Origin: Narcine bancroftii
Taxonomy: Eukaryota
Direction of reading: 5' to 3'
Assembly (NCBI RefSeq): GCF_036971445.1
Contig: NC_091482.1
Coordinates: 16,554,001-16,618,000, forward strand
DNA length: 64,000 nucleotides
Positions 8,791 to 64,000 of this stretch are shown one piece after another. The notes beneath the pieces were generated by a model. That model did no database searches and was not told where the DNA came from. It saw only the letters and a list, made by a program, of their open reading frames with translations. The position numbers and the translations under genes are program-made. Each line of letters opens with the position of its first letter. Within the stretch, counting starts at the first letter, position 1.

Positions 8791-11700
8791 CTTGACATCT
8801 TTTAATCACCTTACTGAGTTTTCTTGAGTGTGTTAAGCTGCCACATCCAAGTTAGCTGAATTTACATATTTCTCGGTCACAATTCACCATTTGCTTTCCA
8901 AATTCAACAAATGACACTATTTGTTAGGTGAAATTATGTTGATTAAGATCACACTTATTATGTTGATACAACTTGTGCATGAAGATGGAGGAGTATTTTT
9001 AGATGTGTTTCATGTTTTAGAAATTGATCATAGAAGCAGAGATTTATTAGTTCTTTCTTTCAGTTAATACTTTTTTTTCCCCCCAACATTTTCTCTGGTT
9101 GTTTTAAAAAAAAACATTTTTTAATCTTCAAAGAAGCAATGTTAAACAATGTTTAATTATTATTCCTTGATTTGGATTGTGCCATTAGTTTTGTCTTGGG
9201 AATAAAACTTGCCCCACTTCATCCTATAGATCAATCTTATTCATATTACATTGTATGAGTTAGATTTTCCACTTGCATCAAAACAAGGGTCTTACAGGCT
9301 CATTCATGACAATTTTGGTATTGACACTTTTTTTTGGTTAGTCTTTTGAGTAGGTGATATTTACCGTTTCAGGAAGTGATCCCCTTTGAAGCTTGCGAGA
9401 ACTACATTTTAGTCTAATGACAAGGAGAATTGACATGATTGGAGCCCAGGCTTCAATCAATAATCCTAGTGTCCATGCACGTGTGTGCTGAGTACACAGA
9501 TGTACTCCAACCGCACAGAAACGGACCACTCTTGAGTTGTGCAGAAATAGGCCCTTCAGCCTCTCCAGCTCCATGCCATTGACATTAATCAAATTTGCCC
9601 GCATTAGGCTTGTTTCCTTCTGCCTCTTTTTCTCCCCAAGCAGAAATAGACGACAGAACAGGTACTCTTTGGCCACTACATCTGTGCCAACCACTTTACC
9701 ACTCTAATGGCATCTGCCTGTTTTTTTGGAAAAAGATTTGAAAAGGATTATATTGAAGTAAAGGAGAAAGGAAAATTTAAAAAATAACTCACCCAAAGTG
9801 AAACCTCAAGGAATAAGAAAGCAAGTTAATTTTCAACGTCAGATCGATGAGTGGCATTTGACCCTTTTAAGATGGTATTTAGACTGAAATTTAAAAATAA
9901 AACCTTAGTGAGCAATGTCTTTCAGACTTCCAAGTTTTAAACTTGGCAAGTTTAAAACTGTTCCCACTCAGAAAATAACAACATGAAAATGAATGAGCTT
10001 TGAATGATCACGTGGCCCTCTATCTTTGTTAACATTGGAACCTGCAACTTTGATAATATATCAAAAGCAGACAGGCATTCATGTTTATAAAACTTAAATA
10101 CCATGGTTAACTTTGAATTGCTACATGAAGTACTGAAACATGAATGGCTTGGGGTATTCGCTTTATTCATGGAAAGTTACAAGATATCAAGAATGGAAAG
10201 CATGATAATCTGGATTAAGATTCCTGGTTTTGAAAATACAATCTAATGCAGAACTCTGAAACCATCGCTTTTTAAATTAGTTAAATAACAGAGCACAGGA
10301 ACCCCAATATTTTCCATGTAATATACTTCCCATCAATACACAAGTGGGAAGAGGCACTCACCAATAAAAAATAATAGATTATGCTAGTAACTACACGGGT
10401 TTATAGATTTTTCTTGTGTAAAATGGAATACAATTACATCATTTCAAAAAATAATAGTTCCCAGTGTGCATAAAACTGCCTTCAAAGGACAGCCTGCTCA
10501 TTCAACTTAATTACAACTTCTTAAAATTAGATGCTTTTGCAATTAAGGTAACTTTGTCGTGGCAGATTTATTCAATTTGCATCTGGCTACAATTGCAACT
10601 GCTTTATTGTAGCTATGAAATGCTCACTTTAATAAGCAATATTTGAATTCACAGTACATTTTTAATCAAGAGCAAAAGCTACAAAAAGTATTTTCCAAGG
10701 TGAATTGTATTGAAAATATCAATTCTCCTCTTCAAAATGACATTGTTTAATGTTACATAAAACTAGTTTGCAAAACAAGTTTAAAGTTACGCTCCTTTGG
10801 AGCACACTGCATATAATTTCACTAACTGATCAAAATTGTTCCCATCCAACTCCAGTCTTTCAAAAACTTTGGTTAGATTTGGACTCAGTTTCACAGGCCC
10901 ATGCAAATCCAACCAATTTTAGCAACTGTAAATTCTTATGATTAGAAAAGTTGTTTAAAGTTACCTGGATGAATAGACTGATTAGACCGTAGACTGATGC
11001 CTACTACAGTTCCAAGCTTTCTCTCACCAGTAAATCAAAAATATCACCTCAAATTGTGGTCGAAACGAGATATTTGGAAAATACACCAGGTCTAAAGTTT
11101 TGTTGTTCTGTACTGAATTCTTTGGAATGGTCCATTTCAAAGGTTTCCAATTTCAGCCAAAAAAATACAGGTAGACGCAACTCTCACCAACATTTTTCCA
11201 TAATCAACACAAACTTTTAAAACAAAGCACCAACCAGTAGTTACAATCTCCATTCCTATCTTGGAAAATATAAATAACCAAAAATGTAGGGCTTGACGGT
11301 CATCAATTATTTCTGAGCCAATTATCTAAACACTTTCATTGATGTGATTGAAAATAAGGTAATGTACACGAGCTCACTATTCTGCGATAACATATTATTT
11401 TGAGTCTTTCATAATAAAAAAATGGGAAGAGATTCCGCCAACTTTACATTTACCAAAAAAAAAATGGTACACCTACTCCATTTTTCCTACATCATCCCCT
11501 CAATGGAATACATGGGACGATTTTCTGCTTGTTAACAGATGCTGCAGAATAGACTTGTGACTGAGCTTCAACAGCAATAATGATGGAGTGCATCCCGTGA
11601 TGTATTACAGACTGTTGCAGTTCAAATGACATTGCACAATGGCATTCTAGCTCCAATGAGGTTAAGTGATCGTTGGAACCTACCACCAGATGCTTCCACT

Positions 11701-11954
11701 GGCTAGAGAAAAAAAAACCCTAGAAAATTGCAGGGACCTGCTGTTGGGAGTTCAGATACTGATCAACTGAGATTATTCAAAACTCTTCATTGCAAGATCC
11801 CTTATCCTCATGTACTGAATGGCTTTGCAATAAAAGCGCAGAAGTATAGTTATGCTTGAATCCTTCAGTTTCATAGGACTTTGATAACAAGATTGTTATG
11901 AGTTAAGTTACAAAATAACCAGAATATGAGAACGTGTCTTAAAGTAAATGATCT

Positions 11955-11960
11955 TTTATT
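11955..11960 (-). terminator. Candidate SUPT6H poly(A) signal
   Basis: AATAAA on the minus strand ~600 nt after the stop, followed by U-rich sequence; further candidates lie at 10602 and 10162. Confidence 0.35.
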
Positions 11961-12558
11961 TTTTGGGTGGGGGGGGCGGGGGAAGAGAATAAAAAAAAGC
12001 TTATTAAATCAGGTACAATTTAAATCCTTTTCTCCCCATCAGAACACACAGGCACCACATTGGTGACCGTCCTGTGCTTGTGAAGTTTCACCTCACACAT
12101 TAAAAAAACAAGTTTGCATATACTTATGTACACCATTATACTTTCGGAAGAATTTGCATTTGTCAAGAACCTGATAACCAGTAAACTTTACAGGACTATC
12201 CCTTCCTTATCTATTACAAATGTCCCAAAATCGCAACTCTCTTAAAATCAAAATTAGGCTGGCTGTAAACTGCAAGTCACAATAGGATATGCATTCTGTT
12301 TTAGCCATCTGACATTGCATACAAGCCCAAAGACCTTTTTAACAGTCCAGTGATTTCCCTCAACGTTCCAACAGTTTCATGCTTCTTCTTACATGTGTCA
12401 AAGACTTACTGAGTGTCAAAGACGTTCCGAAAATATCAATATACAACTTAGAAAACAAAATCCTAAGCCAATCAGTAGCAGTGGGCATTGGGAAACACTG
12501 AAATTAACAGACCCAAGGTAGGGCAGGTTCTAAGTTCAAATGCTGTTCATTTTGTCCT

Positions 12559-61962
<49,404 letters not shown>

Positions 61963-61999
61963 GTTGGGAAGTCCTAGGGAGGAAAACGTGCAAATGAAA

Positions 62000-62800
62000 C
62001 ACGGTCGACCTCGCACTCGCGATAAATTTGATCAAAGAAAACCTGATCGAACCAATTTAAAAGTACGTTTTAGACAAACAGACAGGTGTAAAGTTAAAGA
62101 GGAGATGAACTATTCTATACCTTTTGATGTTTGAGAGGCAGGGCCGGAAAGCAATGGGGAAAACTTGCTGCCCACTCCTCTCCGTGCCCTGTCGCCGGGA
62201 TCTACGGCCAGACCCCCGGCCCCAACTTCGTTCCAGGCTCCTTCAGCTCAGCCACTCGGCCTCTCCGCCCAAAGCCTTGCCCCGGATCCGCTCGTCCTCT
62301 CCGCCCAAGGCCCGGGACCTGGGCCCAGAATTCCCAGCCTCCCCTCCCGGCAGGCAGCGACCAGGGCCCCCGTTCGAGGTGGGGGGGGGGGGAGGGGGGA
62401 GAAGAATGGGGTACCGCTACCCGCCCGATCAGCGGGACGGCAGGCACGAAGAATGGAGCGGGAGGGTCCGGAGCGATAATAACGCCAGTAACTGAGGCAA
62501 CGCAGCGATTAAAAAAATCTTTAAACACACGCCTGATCCCCACCGCCCTCCCCGGAGCTGCGTCTGGTTTAAAGATGGCCGATTAGGTGCAGCGGCGACC
62601 GGTCCGTCCGCAGCACTGGGCCCTGCTACAAGGTTCCGGGTGCAACAATGGGGGGACCCAGACTCGGGAGCACCGCCTCCAGTTTCCCTCCCACTCGCAA
62701 CCTGTTGCAATTGGGCCCGTGGGAGTGACACAGGAGGGACTGCAGCAGAAATGCTGGAGGGACTCAGCCAGTCTCGTCGCGTCCAGAGAGAGGAGGTAAA
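62000..62800 (-). promoter_or_regulatory. CpG island upstream of the SUPT6H first coding exon; probable promoter / non-coding exon 1 with YY1-like AAAGATGGCC at 62571-62580
   Basis: High CpG density immediately 5' of a splice acceptor that requires an upstream exon. Confidence 0.65.
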
Positions 62801-64000
62801 TGCAACAGACAAAATAAAGTGTGTTACTTGGAGAGATGGAAAGGTGAGAATTGATGGGAGATGAGATGGGAAATACAACTTTTCCCAATTCCAAGTTTTT
62901 TTAATGGAGGAGGGGGGGGGGGGGGGTAGATTCTGTGAATGCAGTGGGATGAGATGGGATGGGAAATACAACTTTTCCCAATTCCAAGTTTTTTTTTATG
63001 GAGGGGTGGGGGAGAAATCCAACATTTCCAAGTTTGCTGACCACCAGAAACTAAATGGGAAATATGAGTAGTGGTGCAGATGCAAAAAGGACGTACAGAT
63101 AAGCCGAGTGAATGGGCACATAGTGAAAAAAGTAATTTATGGAGTTTTTTTTTTAAATGGCGAGAGATTAAGTTTAAAGGGAGCTGCAACAAAATCGGAA
63201 TGACTCACCTCAACGTGGAGAATAAAGCTACAATCGTCGGCGTGTTGGTGCTGTAATGCGATATTCTCCTCCTTCTGCCATTGTATCTAATAATTTTAAC
63301 CCATGTCCCCATCACTGGCGCTGCTCTAACCAGTTATGTTGAATTACACAAGAACTTCATTCAAAACGCCACTGCAATATCCACAAAACAAAGAGCTTGT
63401 TTAAATATTTTCTCCATTCTCCGTTTGTTAAACCTGAATTTGCAGAAATATGAACAAATCAAGGATGCCCCATATAAATAAACAACAATAGCAAATTATA
63501 GAGGTAATTAGAAATATAAATGTTATAAAACGTATTTACATCATTATGAAATTACTTTATAATCCTGGTAGAGTAGATTCAATGTATGTAAATTGTTTTA
63601 ATAGTTTATTCTTTTAATGTGGCTGCAATTCGCGTGTTAAAAAGCCATTTGAATTTGAGTAACATAGAAGATTTCAGGTTTATTGTCAGAGTTCATACAT
63701 GACCTCACACTCAATCCTGAGAAGCAGACATTTAAATTTCAGTGCATAAAAATGAGCAACTCAAATCAATGAGAAACGAATTATTATTTTTTTTAAAGTG
63801 GCCTTTAGGAACCGAAGTTGAATTAAAACTTCCTACAGTCTGCAAAGTTTTTTAATGCTCGACTCCAGGAGACCATTTACACCTCCCTTCCGACAGGTGG
63901 TGGTGTTCTCCTCCCAGCTCGACCTCCAGAGACTCCAATCCGCGGCGTGGCATTGCCGGGTGCCCTCCCGTCCTCCCAGTGGCGCTGTGGAGCGCTTTCT

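Noticed and set aside
62560-64000. SDF2 or another divergent + strand gene
   Set aside because: No SDF2-like sequence (VTCGSV, LHSHD) was found; the short MLEGLSQSRRVQREE|gtaaat candidate is unsupported

Overview
Vertebrate genomic DNA. The repeat content (HE1/V-type tRNA SINEs, CR1, Rex1/Babar, fish-type L1, Penelope-derived short elements) suggests a cartilaginous fish (shark/ray); that is an inference. The window holds two convergent spliced genes. (1) On the + strand at 1170-8541 is a 4-exon, ~620-aa group III secreted phospholipase A2-like gene. It has a signal peptide, an RSKR furin site, an intact Ca2+ loop, the His-Asp pair and a long polybasic tail, and it sits tail-to-tail with SUPT6H, the position PROCA1 occupies in human. 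(2) On the - strand at 12559-61962 is a complete SUPT6H (Spt6) CDS: 36 coding exons read by hand with all phases consistent, 5172 nt / 1723 aa, one GC-AG intron, and a CpG island upstream. The introns carry many TE relics: a Gypsy RNaseH-integrase fragment, a solo LTR, RTE, CR1, Rex1, L1, and Tc1/mariner, hAT and Harbinger-like MITEs, several nested. Best leads: an apparently catalytically intact PROCA1-locus PLA2; a hairpin that could mask a stronger out-of-frame splice donor in its first intron; a palindromic MITE carrying NRF1/YY1 motifs and outward-facing splice donors; a composite hAT MITE dimer; and a 104-bp exact local duplication fused to a CR1 5' end. No prokaryote-type system is present.
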